From Faecalibaculum rodentium (lineage in GTDB: Bacteria > Bacillota_I > Bacilli_A > Erysipelotrichales > Erysipelotrichaceae), in NCBI RefSeq assembly GCF_001564455.1, contig NZ_CP011391.1, positions 1,920,001 through 1,952,000 of the forward strand: a stretch of DNA of 32,000 nt. The letters run 5' to 3'. The position numbers and the translations under genes are program-made. This document shows, piece after piece, positions 1 to 10,471 of this stretch. Within the stretch, counting starts at the first letter, position 1. Every line of letters starts with the position of its first letter. The notes under the pieces were generated by a model. The model did not search any database and was not told where the DNA came from. It saw nothing but the letters and a program-made list of their open reading frames with translations.

Positions 1-90
1 TGCGCCAAATCCCTGATCCGGCGGCAGGATCTGGACTTTGCGAAGGTCTACCGTGCAGGAAAGCGAAAACGCGCTAAAATAAAGGCATGA
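1..90 (+). CDS. 3' end of an unidentified CDS (partial, runs off window start)
   Basis: The frame starting at base 1 is open to TGA 88-90 with host-like codons (..RRQDLDFAKVYRAGKRKRAKIKA*). Its stop overlaps the next start as ATGA (87-90). Too short to assign a family. Confidence 0.35.
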   Translation, partial: CAKSLIRRQDLDFAKVYRAGKRKRAKIKA

Positions 91-617
91 AAATTCTGAA
101 GTGGATCATCCGGCTTCTGTTAGCCGGTGCTGTATGCATCATGGCCCTGATGGCAGGGCTGGCAATATTCACCTTCTCCGCCGAAACCGGCGAAGTCTCC
201 GGACAGCGCAGCGGTCAGCTGACCGAGTGGATCCGCGACAACGTGCAGGAACACATCGAATCCTCTCCCGAAGGCAGACAGCTGGCGGAAAAAGTCAAGG
301 GCTTCGTGGTCCGGCACTCTCCCTGGGGGGACGACTGGAACCAGAACATCCGGAAACTGGCTCATTTCTCGGAGTACTTCCTGATGGCCACGCTCATTTA
401 CCTGATCCTGACGATTCTCAGGGTTCCCTGGTGGCTCAAGGCAATCCTGGTCATCATGGCCTGCGGCGGTCTCGCCTGTCTGGATGAACTGCATCAGTCG
501 GATGTCGCAGGCCGCGTCATGTCAAAAAAGGACGTGCTGATCGACACATCCGGGGCGGTGTTTGCCACCCTGACCTATGGCATACTCGGCCGGTTCTGGA
601 AGTGGCTTGGCAGCTGA
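87..617 (+). CDS. VanZ-like family membrane protein
   Basis: 176 aa with several TM helices. VanZ-type pattern: HFSEYFLMATL ... LDELHQ ... KDVLIDTSGA. ATG 87 is coupled to the upstream stop. Confidence 0.7.
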   Translation: MKILKWIIRLLLAGAVCIMALMAGLAIFTFSAETGEVSGQRSGQLTEWIRDNVQEHIESSPEGRQLAEKVKGFVVRHSPWGDDWNQNIRKLAHFSEYFLMATLIYLILTILRVPWWLKAILVIMACGGLACLDELHQSDVAGRVMSKKDVLIDTSGAVFATLTYGILGRFWKWLGS

Positions 618-626
618 GTCCGGCAC

Positions 627-680
627 TCCGGAAGTTTCAGAAACACAGGACTGTGTTTCTGAGACCTCCGGACTTTTTTG
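627..680 (+). terminator. Rho-independent terminator after the VanZ-like gene
   Basis: Long hairpin: TCCGGA(627-632)..TCAGAAACACA / TGTGTTTCTGA..TCCGGA(667-672), followed by TTTTTT (674-679). Confidence 0.8.
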
Positions 681-830
681 TTCGCCAGCAGTTCCCTGCT
701 GCCCCCAGACTGGAGGCCATCATTCCTTTATCGCAGGTCCCGCTCATCACTCGATGCAGTTCACACCCGCCGCTGAGCCGCCTGTCACGCGGATCGTGAC
801 AATCGTATCTCCGGGCGCTACCCTGGAGAC

Positions 831-3794
831 ATGAACACCAGAGAACGAATCCTGGAAGGCGCCCAAAACGGGCTGCTGGATGCCGAAATCCCTGCAGATC
901 CCTCGTTTGTTCCGGCTCTTCTGTACAACGACTATCACCGGGGAGAGAAAGTGTTCTGCTCCCTGGAAGACGAACTGCGTCACTGCGACTCCTTCTGCTT
1001 TTCGACGGCCTTCATCACCCTCACCGGCCTGGAACCGCTGAAGCCCGTTCTCCGGGAACTCCAGCGGCGCAGGGTACCGGGAAAGATCCTCACCACCAAC
1101 TACCTGTCGTTCACCCAGCCGGAGGCTCTGGACTTTCTGGCACAGTTTGAAACCATCGACGTGCGGATGTTTCAGTGCTCAGAAATCGAAGGGTTTCATA
1201 CAAAGGGCTATCTGTTTTTCCGGAATGACGAACTGCGCCTGATCACAGGCTCCAGCAATCTCACCGCATCGGCTCTGTTCACGAGCCGGGAATGGAACAC
1301 ACGCCTGGTTGCAGCAGGGGCCGGGAGTTATGCCAGAGAGGTGCTGACGCAGTTTGACTCTCTCTGGAAACACATGGACTCTCTTCCCTGGCAGGCCGTC
1401 CGGCAGGAGTATTGCATCCGGTATGACCTGGCCAGGAAGCAGCGGGAGACTGCCCTGGAAAACCCGGTCTTCAGTCCAGAACAGTACGCCCTCCAGCCTA
1501 ATTCCATGCAGACACATTTCATCCGGAACCTGAAACACCTGATGGAACACCGTCAGCAGCGTGCTCTGCTGGTGTCTGCCACGGGAACGGGCAAGACACT
1601 CGCTGCAGTGTTTGCTGTGAGGGAGTTCGAACCGCGCACGGTTCTGTTTCTCGTCCATCGGGAACAGATTGCCCGCAAGGCACTGGACTCCTTCCGTATG
1701 GTGCTGGGAAACAGCCGCACCTGTGGACTTCTGGGCGGCGGTCTGAGACAGACCGGCGCAGACTGTGTATTCTCCACGGTCCAGACACTGTCGAGGCAAG
1801 CCGTGCTGGACTCCTTTTCCGCTGACCGGTTTGACTGGATCATCGTGGATGAAGTCCACCGGGCTGCGGCGGCGACCTATCAGCGGATCTTCCGTCACTT
1901 CCACCCCCGGTTTCTGCTCGGGATGTCCGCCACGCCGGCCCGAACAGACGGCCAGAGCATTTTCGAGCTCTTTGACTACAACGTGGCAGCGGACATCGGC
2001 CTGCGACAGGCACTGGAGGAAGACCTGCTGTGTCCCTTTCATTACTTCGCCCTGAGCGGGCTGGAGGTCTCGGATACAGCACTGGAGGACGAAACAGGAT
2101 TCTCGCTGCTGACCAGTGACGAGCGGGTCCGCCACATCCTGGAACAAGCCTCCTACTATGGCTGGTCTGGGGACAGAGTCATGGGACTGATGTTTGTCAG
2201 CACGAAAGCCGAAGCCCGCAGACTGAGCGAAAAACTCAATGCCCGGGGACTGCGGACGCTGGCCCTGAGCGGTGAAGACAGTCAGGAGGCCAGGGAAAAG
2301 GCGATCGAACGGCTTACCGGGAATGATGGACCCGCAGCACTGGATTATCTGATCACCGTGGATATCTTCAATGAAGGCGTGGACATTCCGGAAGTGAATC
2401 AGGTCCTGCTTCTGCGGCCTACGCAGTCGGCGATCGTCTTCACGCAGCAGCTGGGGCGCGGCCTGCGCAAATCACCCGGCAAGGAGTTTGTCGTGGTGCT
2501 GGACTTCATTGGCCTGTACAAAAACAACTACCTGATCCCGGCTGCGCTGGGAGAATGTCAGACGGGGAACAAGGACCGGCTGCGGCGGTTTGTCGCCCAG
2601 GGAACCCGGGAACTGCCGGGGGCCAGCACGGTGTATTTTGACGAAGTGGCCCGGCGCCGGATCTTTGCCTCCATTGACCAGGCGAAGATGAACTCCGCCA
2701 AAGCCCTGCGGGAAGGATTCACCCTGCTGATGGACCGCCTGGGGCATATACCGGCCCTGACAGACTACGATCCGAATCATGCCATGGATCCCCTGCTCAT
2801 TTTCTCCAACAGCGCCTATCCCAGTTATCCGGATTTCCTTTGGAAAATGCTGGACCGGGACCAGAGAAAGCACCTGCCCGTCCTGACTGAGACACAGCTG
2901 CAGTTTCTGCGGTTTGTCAGCACCCAGTGGGCGGATGGACGCAGGCCTCTGGAACTGCTGCTGGTCAAGGCCCTGCTGGAGCCGGACTGGCAGACTGCAT
3001 TTGGCAGGCTGCTGAAGGACTTTGACATCCGTCTGACAGACCAGGAGGCCAGGTGTCTGATGGCGGAGTTCACCCGCACCTGGCTGTCGGGAAGCGGAGC
3101 GGACACCTGCCCGGACGCTGTCTTCCTGCAGGGGGACACAGGCAGTCCGTCATCTGTCTCCGGTGATGCCATGACAGGGCTTCTGGCTCTGCACCCCTCC
3201 TGTCAGTGGGAAACAGCCCTGAAAGATCCGGCCTTCGTGACTGCCATGCGTGAAGTCACAGAGTTTGGCCTGTCCCGCTGGACAAACCGGTTCGCCGGGC
3301 GCAGGCGGGATGGCTGGCTGATCCTCAATGAACCCTACAGTTATCTCCAGTCCTTCCGCATGATGGATTTTCCCAAAGCCATGGTGGCGCAGAATGTCGG
3401 CGGCTACTGTTTTGACAAGGATACCCGGCAGTTTCCGGTCTACATCAATTATGAAAAGTCTGACGACATTGCGGACACCATTGCCTATGAAGACCGGTTC
3501 GTGAACCCATCCACCCTTGTCGCACTGTCCAAAAGCCGCCGCACTCTGGATTCCCAGGACATCCGCCGGCTGCGGGACTATGCTGCCCATCCCTTTGACA
3601 TCCCGCTGTTTGTCCGGCGAAACACGCGGGACAACCTGAAGGAGTTCATTTATCTTGGAAAGATGCATCCAACAGGCCGGTTCGACCAGACGGTCATGAA
3701 GGACGGAAAAACCAGCTGTGTGCAGATCGAATACGAACTGGAGCACCCGGTAAGGCCGGATCTGTATGAGTATTTCACACAGTCCGAAGTCTGA
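831..3794 (+). CDS. HKD (PLD-family) nuclease / SF2 DEAD-DEAH helicase / DUF3427-type C-terminal domain fusion protein
   Basis: 987 aa. Single HKD-like motif HTKGYLF..ITGSSNLT (aa 123-146, nt ~1197). Walker A SATGTGKT (aa ~249-256), DEVH (aa 340-343), SAT motif III, QQLGRGLR motif VI. About 400 aa of C-terminal region ending in a DUF3427-like block (..GYCFD..FPVYINY..YEDRF..PLFVRR..FIYLG..). Confidence 0.9.
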   Translation: MNTRERILEGAQNGLLDAEIPADPSFVPALLYNDYHRGEKVFCSLEDELRHCDSFCFSTAFITLTGLEPLKPVLRELQRRRVPGKILTTNYLSFTQPEALDFLAQFETIDVRMFQCSEIEGFHTKGYLFFRNDELRLITGSSNLTASALFTSREWNTRLVAAGAGSYAREVLTQFDSLWKHMDSLPWQAVRQEYCIRYDLARKQRETALENPVFSPEQYALQPNSMQTHFIRNLKHLMEHRQQRALLVSATGTGKTLAAVFAVREFEPRTVLFLVHREQIARKALDSFRMVLGNSRTCGLLGGGLRQTGADCVFSTVQTLSRQAVLDSFSADRFDWIIVDEVHRAAAATYQRIFRHFHPRFLLGMSATPARTDGQSIFELFDYNVAADIGLRQALEEDLLCPFHYFALSGLEVSDTALEDETGFSLLTSDERVRHILEQASYYGWSGDRVMGLMFVSTKAEARRLSEKLNARGLRTLALSGEDSQEAREKAIERLTGNDGPAALDYLITVDIFNEGVDIPEVNQVLLLRPTQSAIVFTQQLGRGLRKSPGKEFVVVLDFIGLYKNNYLIPAALGECQTGNKDRLRRFVAQGTRELPGASTVYFDEVARRRIFASIDQAKMNSAKALREGFTLLMDRLGHIPALTDYDPNHAMDPLLIFSNSAYPSYPDFLWKMLDRDQRKHLPVLTETQLQFLRFVSTQWADGRRPLELLLVKALLEPDWQTAFGRLLKDFDIRLTDQEARCLMAEFTRTWLSGSGADTCPDAVFLQGDTGSPSSVSGDAMTGLLALHPSCQWETALKDPAFVTAMREVTEFGLSRWTNRFAGRRRDGWLILNEPYSYLQSFRMMDFPKAMVAQNVGGYCFDKDTRQFPVYINYEKSDDIADTIAYEDRFVNPSTLVALSKSRRTLDSQDIRRLRDYAAHPFDIPLFVRRNTRDNLKEFIYLGKMHPTGRFDQTVMKDGKTSCVQIEYELEHPVRPDLYEYFTQSEV

Positions 3795-3835
3795 TCACCG
3801 GTTCTCTGTCCGGCTGAACCGCCAGGCACAACCGC

Positions 3836-3866
3836 AAAAAACCGCCAGCCCGGCGGTTTTTCTTTT
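3836..3866. terminator. Bidirectional rho-independent terminator between helicase and PNPOx genes
   Basis: AAAAA, then ACCGCC (3841-3846), loop, GGCGGT (3852-3857), then TTTTTCTTTT. A-run upstream and T-run downstream allow use on both strands. Confidence 0.75.
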
Positions 3867-3996
3867 GAGGCAGACGGCATTCATTCATAATCCTGTTTTG
3901 CAGCCATGGCTGCCGGTACGTTCTGCTGCTGGTGAGTGCTTGCAGAAGCCCGAAGTCCGGTCTGCTGACTGAAGAGCCGGGTTTTTACAACCCAGT

Positions 3997-4467
3997 TCAG
4001 GGCCTGGGCATCCGGCGCTTGGCTGTGAAGTCTGTGACCTTCAGGCAGAACACCCTGGTAACCTTGACCACATCCTTCTGATACTCCCGCCCTTCCGGAT
4101 AGGCGTGGCGGATCAGGCAGTCCAGACCATGCAGTTTTTCCTGTTCCTGCGTAACCTCCTGGAATACCCCTTTACCAATGACACTTTCATAGGGCATGGT
4201 GCAGCTTTTCCGGGCCGGTGCATACAGATATCCGTTTTCGATGTCCATCTCGAAAGCAGCCTCCTGTCCCAGAAAGTCGTATTTCCGGCCTTCCCCGGCG
4301 CCATGCATCCACAGAATGATGTCCTGGCCCAGGACTTCCAGTCCGAAGTTCAGCGGCAGAATATAGGGAACCGGATCGCTGTTGAACGCCAGTCGCACCA
4401 CGCTGGCCCGTTTCATGATGTCCAGAATATCGTTTCTGTCTGTGATTTCCCTGTCGTGTCTTCTCAT
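3997..4467 (-). CDS. pyridoxamine 5'-phosphate oxidase family (Pyridox_ox_2 / NimA-like) flavoprotein
   Basis: MRRHDREITDRNDILDIMKRASVVRLAF..PYILPLNFG is the typical family N-terminus. Start moved to the internal ATG at 4467, preceded by AAGAGGAAA. The longer ORF to 4530 lacks an RBS. Confidence 0.85.
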   Translation of the reverse strand: MRRHDREITDRNDILDIMKRASVVRLAFNSDPVPYILPLNFGLEVLGQDIILWMHGAGEGRKYDFLGQEAAFEMDIENGYLYAPARKSCTMPYESVIGKGVFQEVTQEQEKLHGLDCLIRHAYPEGREYQKDVVKVTRVFCLKVTDFTAKRRMPRP

Positions 4468-4578
4468 GGCAGTTTCCTCTTTCCTGTATCTTTCTTTTTC
4501 GTGTCTCATGGCAGCCAGGCGAACTCTCATTCCTGATGACTTGTTCTGTTTTTCGATCCGGCTGCGTCGTCAGACGGC

Positions 4579-4609
4579 AAAAAACCGGCCCGGGTTTACC
4601 GGGCCAAGG
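4579..4609 (-). terminator. Terminator-like hairpin on the minus strand inside a divergent intergenic region
   Basis: Minus strand reads GGCCCGG-TAAAC-CCGGGCC-GG-TTTTTT (stem 4587-4593 / 4599-4605, T-run is A 4579-4584 on plus). No credible upstream minus-strand gene. Confidence 0.45.
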
Positions 4610-4646
4610 TTCAAACGTGCGGGACTTCTACGCGCGGGATCCAGGT

Positions 4647-4660
4647 TCCGGAATTCCGGA
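4647..4660. promoter_or_regulatory. Perfect 14-bp palindrome, candidate operator
   Basis: TCCGGAATTCCGGA is its own reverse complement. It lies between the divergent PNPOx-family and PPK2 genes. Confidence 0.3.
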
Positions 4661-4805
4661 TGTTTCTGTGTCCATCGGTCTGTCCTCTTGTTCACCTGCA
4701 TCATAGCACGGGTTTTGCAACAGGATGACAGGCTGGAAAAACCGGTCATGCTGCCGTCCTGAATGGCTGGATACCTCTACAATAAAGACAACGGAGGCAG
4801 ACACC

Positions 4806-6232
4806 ATGCTCAAAAAATATACATTTGACGGGTCCAGGAAACTGGATCTGGGCGCCATGAACACCGGCGCCAAAGAAGACAAAGTGGTCAAGGAGGAAAT
4901 CGTCCAGAAGACTACGGTCAACCAGCTCGCCATCCAGGCCCTGCAGGACAAACTGTATGCAGACCAGAAGGAAGGCCTGATCATCCTGATCCAGGCACGG
5001 GATGCGGCCGGCAAGGATTCCACCATCAAGCATGTCATGAGCGGCATCAACCCGCAGGGAGTGGATGTGTACAGCTTCAAGCAGCCGACATCGGACGAAC
5101 TCGCCCACGACTTCCTGTGGCGCGTCAACCGGCATATCCCCCGCCGCGGCAAGATTGCCATCTACAACCGGTCGTATTACGAGGATGTGCTGGTTGTGCA
5201 GGTCCGCAACCTGCACCAGACGTACATGATGCCCAAATGGATCGTGGAAGACCCGAAGTTTTTCCAGAAACGCTACAAGCAGATCCGCCACTATGAAAAG
5301 TACCTGCACCAGAACGGATACCGGGTCGTGAAGATCTTCCTGAATGTCTCGAAGAAGACCCAGAAGGAGCGCTTTCTGGAGCGGATCGAGGATCCGGACA
5401 AGAACTGGAAATTCTCGGAGTCCGATTTAAAGGAACGGAAACTCTGGGATCAGTACACGCAGGCTTATGAAGATGCCATCAATGCCACGGCCAGCAAGAC
5501 CTCTCCCTGGTATGTGATTCCGGCAGACAAAAAATGGTACACGCGGTATCTGGTTTCCCAGATCGTGAGAAAGGCCATGGAGGAAATGGATCCTCAGTAT
5601 CCCGCCATGCCCCCAGAGCAGAAGGAACGGCTGGCGGAATACAAAGCCCAGCTGGAGGAAGAAGACGGTCCGAAGGACCGGAAGAAATCCGGAAAAGGTG
5701 CAAAGCCGGAAGCCATGAAGGCCCTGGCCCAGACCGAAAAGGATACCGGTCCGAAGGAAGAAACCGTTGATCCGGCAGATCAGGCCACCGGCCGGCAGGA
5801 ATCCGCACCGGCACCGGACCTGCATGAACCGACAGAACACAAACCCGAACTGCAGGTGGAAAGCGGCAGGCCTGTCGTGCAGGATCATGACACCCTTACA
5901 CCACCGGAGACTGAGGCTGTGGTCCCGGCAGCCACTCATCCTGTGGCTGCCCTGTCCCTGCCGGATGCCACCGCTGTCCAGGAACAGGCAGCCAGACAGG
6001 AAACGACAATCGAAAAACCCACAGAAAAAAACCGGCAGCTTCCGGCAGACGAAGGGGTCATTCCCGGCACCGGAAGCACAAAGGCCGGCCCGCAGCTGCA
6101 CAGAATCCGGAAACCGGACAGGCGGCAGAGACAAAGAAACACCACTTCCCGAAAAAGCATCACGGAAAGCACAGCACCGGACAGAAGAAACAGAACAAGT
6201 CCGGCCAGTCCGGTGAGGCAGCCAAAGACTGA
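4806..6232 (+). CDS. ppk2: polyphosphate kinase 2 (PPK2) family phosphotransferase with long disordered C-terminal tail; apparent 1-nt frame disruption near 6083-6095
   Basis: ATG 4806 after ACGGAGG. PPK2 hallmarks: GLIILIQARDAAGKDSTIKHV, DFLWRV..PRRGKIAIYNRSYYEDV. The start frame has no stop until 6908. The -1 frame keeps the upstream codon style and stops at 6230-6232. The end coordinate given assumes the frame switch. Confidence 0.7.
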
Positions 6233-6306
6233 CAGCAAGCGCGTGATCCGCCCCTCCATCCAGAGGGGTTTTCTTCTGCAGCGATACAGACAGGGTGCGA
6301 AACGGC

Positions 6307-6333
6307 AAAAAGACCGCTGTCGGTTGACAGCGG
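6307..6333 (-). terminator. Rho-independent terminator of the CNNM/CorC gene (possibly bidirectional)
   Basis: CCGCTGTC (6314-6321), GGTT loop, GACAGCGG (6326-6333). On the minus strand it is followed by TCTTTTT (A-run 6307-6311 on plus). Confidence 0.75.
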
Positions 6334-6355
6334 GCCTTCGTCCCTTTTCCCGGCT

Positions 6356-7642
6356 TCAGGCGGAAACCGCCGGATTGTCTGTATGCACCCGGATCAGCTC
6401 TCCCTGTTCCAGCACGTGGTCCTTCACGGTCTCCACACGCAATGTATACCTGCCTTCATCCAGTTTCACTTCATCTCCCGGCCGCAGCACGTGGCCGGTT
6501 TTTTCCGTAATCAGCCCCGTCACTGTATCTGCGTCACAGCCCGTCCGGATCCCCGTGATGTCCTCCAGGTCTGACAGGGCCACATTCCCGGAAATCTGCC
6601 AGCGGTTGAAATCCCCGGTGACCACCGGGATATCGTCATCTGCCTCCATGACTCCGACGATGGCTTCCGCCAGATCCTGCAGAGTCACGACCCCTTCGAT
6701 CCCGCCATACTCATCCAGCACCACCGCCAGCTTGCAGTGGGCCTGTTTCATCAGCGCCAGGGCATTGTCGGCCTTCACGGTTTCCGGCACAAAGAGCGCC
6801 GGTTTGAGGGAGGCCATGACCATCTGCCGGTCAGGGGCCTTCATACGGAAGAAGTCCTTCGTATCCAGCACCCCCAGAATCTCTTCGTCTTCTCCCCGCA
6901 CAGGATAGAGCGAATGGCGGGTTTCATGGATGATCTTCTCCCATTCCTCCAGGGAGTCATCCTGTTCCAGGAAATCCACATCCACGCGATGGGTGCACAG
7001 TTCCCGCAGCGTAAGGTCATTGAAGTCGAAGACATTGGCAATCAGCTGTTTTTCCTGCGGCGCGATCCGCCCGCTGTCCACCATCAGCAGGATTTCCTCT
7101 TCGCCTGCCTGTTCCTGCTCCTCGTTGGGGTCAATGCCCATGAGCCGCAGCACGGCATTGGTGCTGACAGACAGCAGCCACACCAGGGGCCGGAAGACAA
7201 CGGAGATCCCCTGCAGGAATCCGGACATGGACAGGGACAGCGATTCGCTTTTGCGCATGGCCAGGCGCTTGGGAACCAGTTCGCCGAAGATCAGCGTGAA
7301 ATAGGACAGGATCAGTGTGATCACAATGACTGATATGGAAGAAAGCACATCCCTGGGAAGGCCAACGCCCAGGCCCGTGAGCCAGTCCGTCAGCGATCCG
7401 GCGAAATTGTCCGCAGCAAAGGCACTGCCAAGGAAACCCGAGAGGGTGATTGCCACCTGAATAGTGGACAGAAATGTCTCGGGATGTTTCAGGAATGTCG
7501 CGATCCGTCCTGCGCTCTTGTTTCCTTCCTCTGACAGCTTTTCCATTTTCCGTTCGTTGACGGACAGCACCGCTATTTCCGCGCAGGCAAAGACCGCGTT
7601 CAGGGCGATCAGAACCACCTGTACGAGAATCAGGATCCACAT
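6356..7642 (-). CDS. hemolysin-family / CNNM (DUF21)-CBS-CorC_HlyC transporter-associated protein
   Basis: 428 aa. N-terminal DUF21 TM region (ALNAVFACAEIAVLSVN), CBS pair region, C-terminal CorC/HlyC-like domain. Confidence 0.9.
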   Translation of the reverse strand: MWILILVQVVLIALNAVFACAEIAVLSVNERKMEKLSEEGNKSAGRIATFLKHPETFLSTIQVAITLSGFLGSAFAADNFAGSLTDWLTGLGVGLPRDVLSSISVIVITLILSYFTLIFGELVPKRLAMRKSESLSLSMSGFLQGISVVFRPLVWLLSVSTNAVLRLMGIDPNEEQEQAGEEEILLMVDSGRIAPQEKQLIANVFDFNDLTLRELCTHRVDVDFLEQDDSLEEWEKIIHETRHSLYPVRGEDEEILGVLDTKDFFRMKAPDRQMVMASLKPALFVPETVKADNALALMKQAHCKLAVVLDEYGGIEGVVTLQDLAEAIVGVMEADDDIPVVTGDFNRWQISGNVALSDLEDITGIRTGCDADTVTGLITEKTGHVLRPGDEVKLDEGRYTLRVETVKDHVLEQGELIRVHTDNPAVSA

Positions 7643-8627
7643 GTTTGATTTTCACTCCTTTTGTCCGGGGTCTCCGGACGGTTCACAAGCCAGACGCCAA
7701 TGGCCACCAGGGCCATGGCAGCCAGGGTGGACGGCGCAAAGGCCTGTCCGGTTTCATGCAGCAGGGCAGCACTCCAGAACACACCAGCCACGGGGATGAT
7801 GCAGTTGAAGATTCCGACTCTGGACAGGGGGTATTCCTTCAGCAGCAGGCCCCAGAGGGTGTAGGCTGCGGCGCTGACGAAGGCCAGATACAGCACCACG
7901 GCCCAGCCCGCTGCACTGGCCCCCGGCATGGAGCCGCCCATGGCCAGTCCAGACAGCATCAGGGCCAGTCCGCCGCAGGCAAACTGCCAGCCTGAGAGCA
8001 GCACTGCATCATGGGTCCTGGTGAATTTCTTGATGAACGCCGCGCTGATGGCCGAGAACACCTGACTGGTCAGGATCAGCCCCTCTCCCATCAGGCTTCC
8101 ACCGGCCTGTGTCAGGGCGGAAGCATTCATCACCAGGATGCCCGCAAACCCGGTCAGACAGCCGAGGGCTTTGTTTGCGGTCATTTTCTCATACCGGAAC
8201 ACATAGACCGCCATGAGAAGACTAATGAATGCACCGGTACCGGTAATGACGGCACTGTCCACGCCGCTGGCTTGTGAAACACCCAGATAATACAGGAAGT
8301 ACTGCCCGAATGTCTGGAAAAATGCCAGCGTCAGAACCGGGGTCATCACGGCTTTCCCGGCAGTCAGGAGTTTTCCCTGCAGCAGACTGCCGGCCAGGAT
8401 CACCAGGAGGCCGGCAAGCAGAAACCGGACTCCCGCAAACACCAGGATGTCACCGGTCTGTGAGATGGAAAACAGGTCGTATCCCCACTTGATGAACGGC
8501 GCCGCCGATCCCCACAGCAGGGTGCAGAACACAGCAGTCACTGTCAGGGGCAGCGGCCTGGCCGGTACAGACAGCTTCTGTGGTATTCCCGGGCCGGTGG
8601 ATGCAGGCGGATGACCGTGTCCTGCGC

Positions 8628-8631
<4 letters not shown>
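7630..8631 (-). CDS. DMT superfamily (EamA-like) transporter
   Basis: About 10 TM helices with a duplicated EamA-like pattern. Start set to ATG 8631, which overlaps the ABC-F stop as ATGA. The 3' end overlaps the next gene start by 13 nt. Confidence 0.8.
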
Positions 8632-10382
<1,751 letters not shown>

Positions 10383-10439
10383 GGTATTCCTTTCTCCGGC
10401 TTGCACCGGGTCATGTCCTGCATTGCAGGGTATGACGTG

Positions 10440-10463
10440 AAAAAAGCCGGAACGGATCCGGCT
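10440..10463 (-). terminator. Rho-independent terminator immediately after rpoA
   Basis: Minus strand reads AGCCGGA-TCCGT-TCCGGCT followed by TTTTT. It starts about 9 nt after the rpoA stop. Confidence 0.8.
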
Positions 10464-10471
10464 TGTCTGCA

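Noticed and set aside
577-983. Small ORFs (85, 65 and 78 aa) between the VanZ-like and helicase genes
   Set aside because: They overlap the VanZ terminator and the helicase start. No RBS, Pro/Ser-rich junk composition.
3766-3972. 68-aa plus-strand ORF after the helicase
   Set aside because: It spans the terminator hairpin, has no RBS and has improbable composition.
4628-5309. Minus-strand ORFs (177 and 187 aa) as possible source of the transcript ended by the 4579-4609 hairpin
   Set aside because: They are antisense to the highly conserved PPK2 catalytic domain. There are no motifs and no RBS.
6233-6908. Continuation of the PPK2 start frame to the first stop at 6908
   Set aside because: It crosses a terminator hairpin and lies antisense to the CNNM/CorC gene for 553 nt. 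Codon usage switches to rare AGA/AGG. The -1 frame gives a natural stop at 6230-6232.
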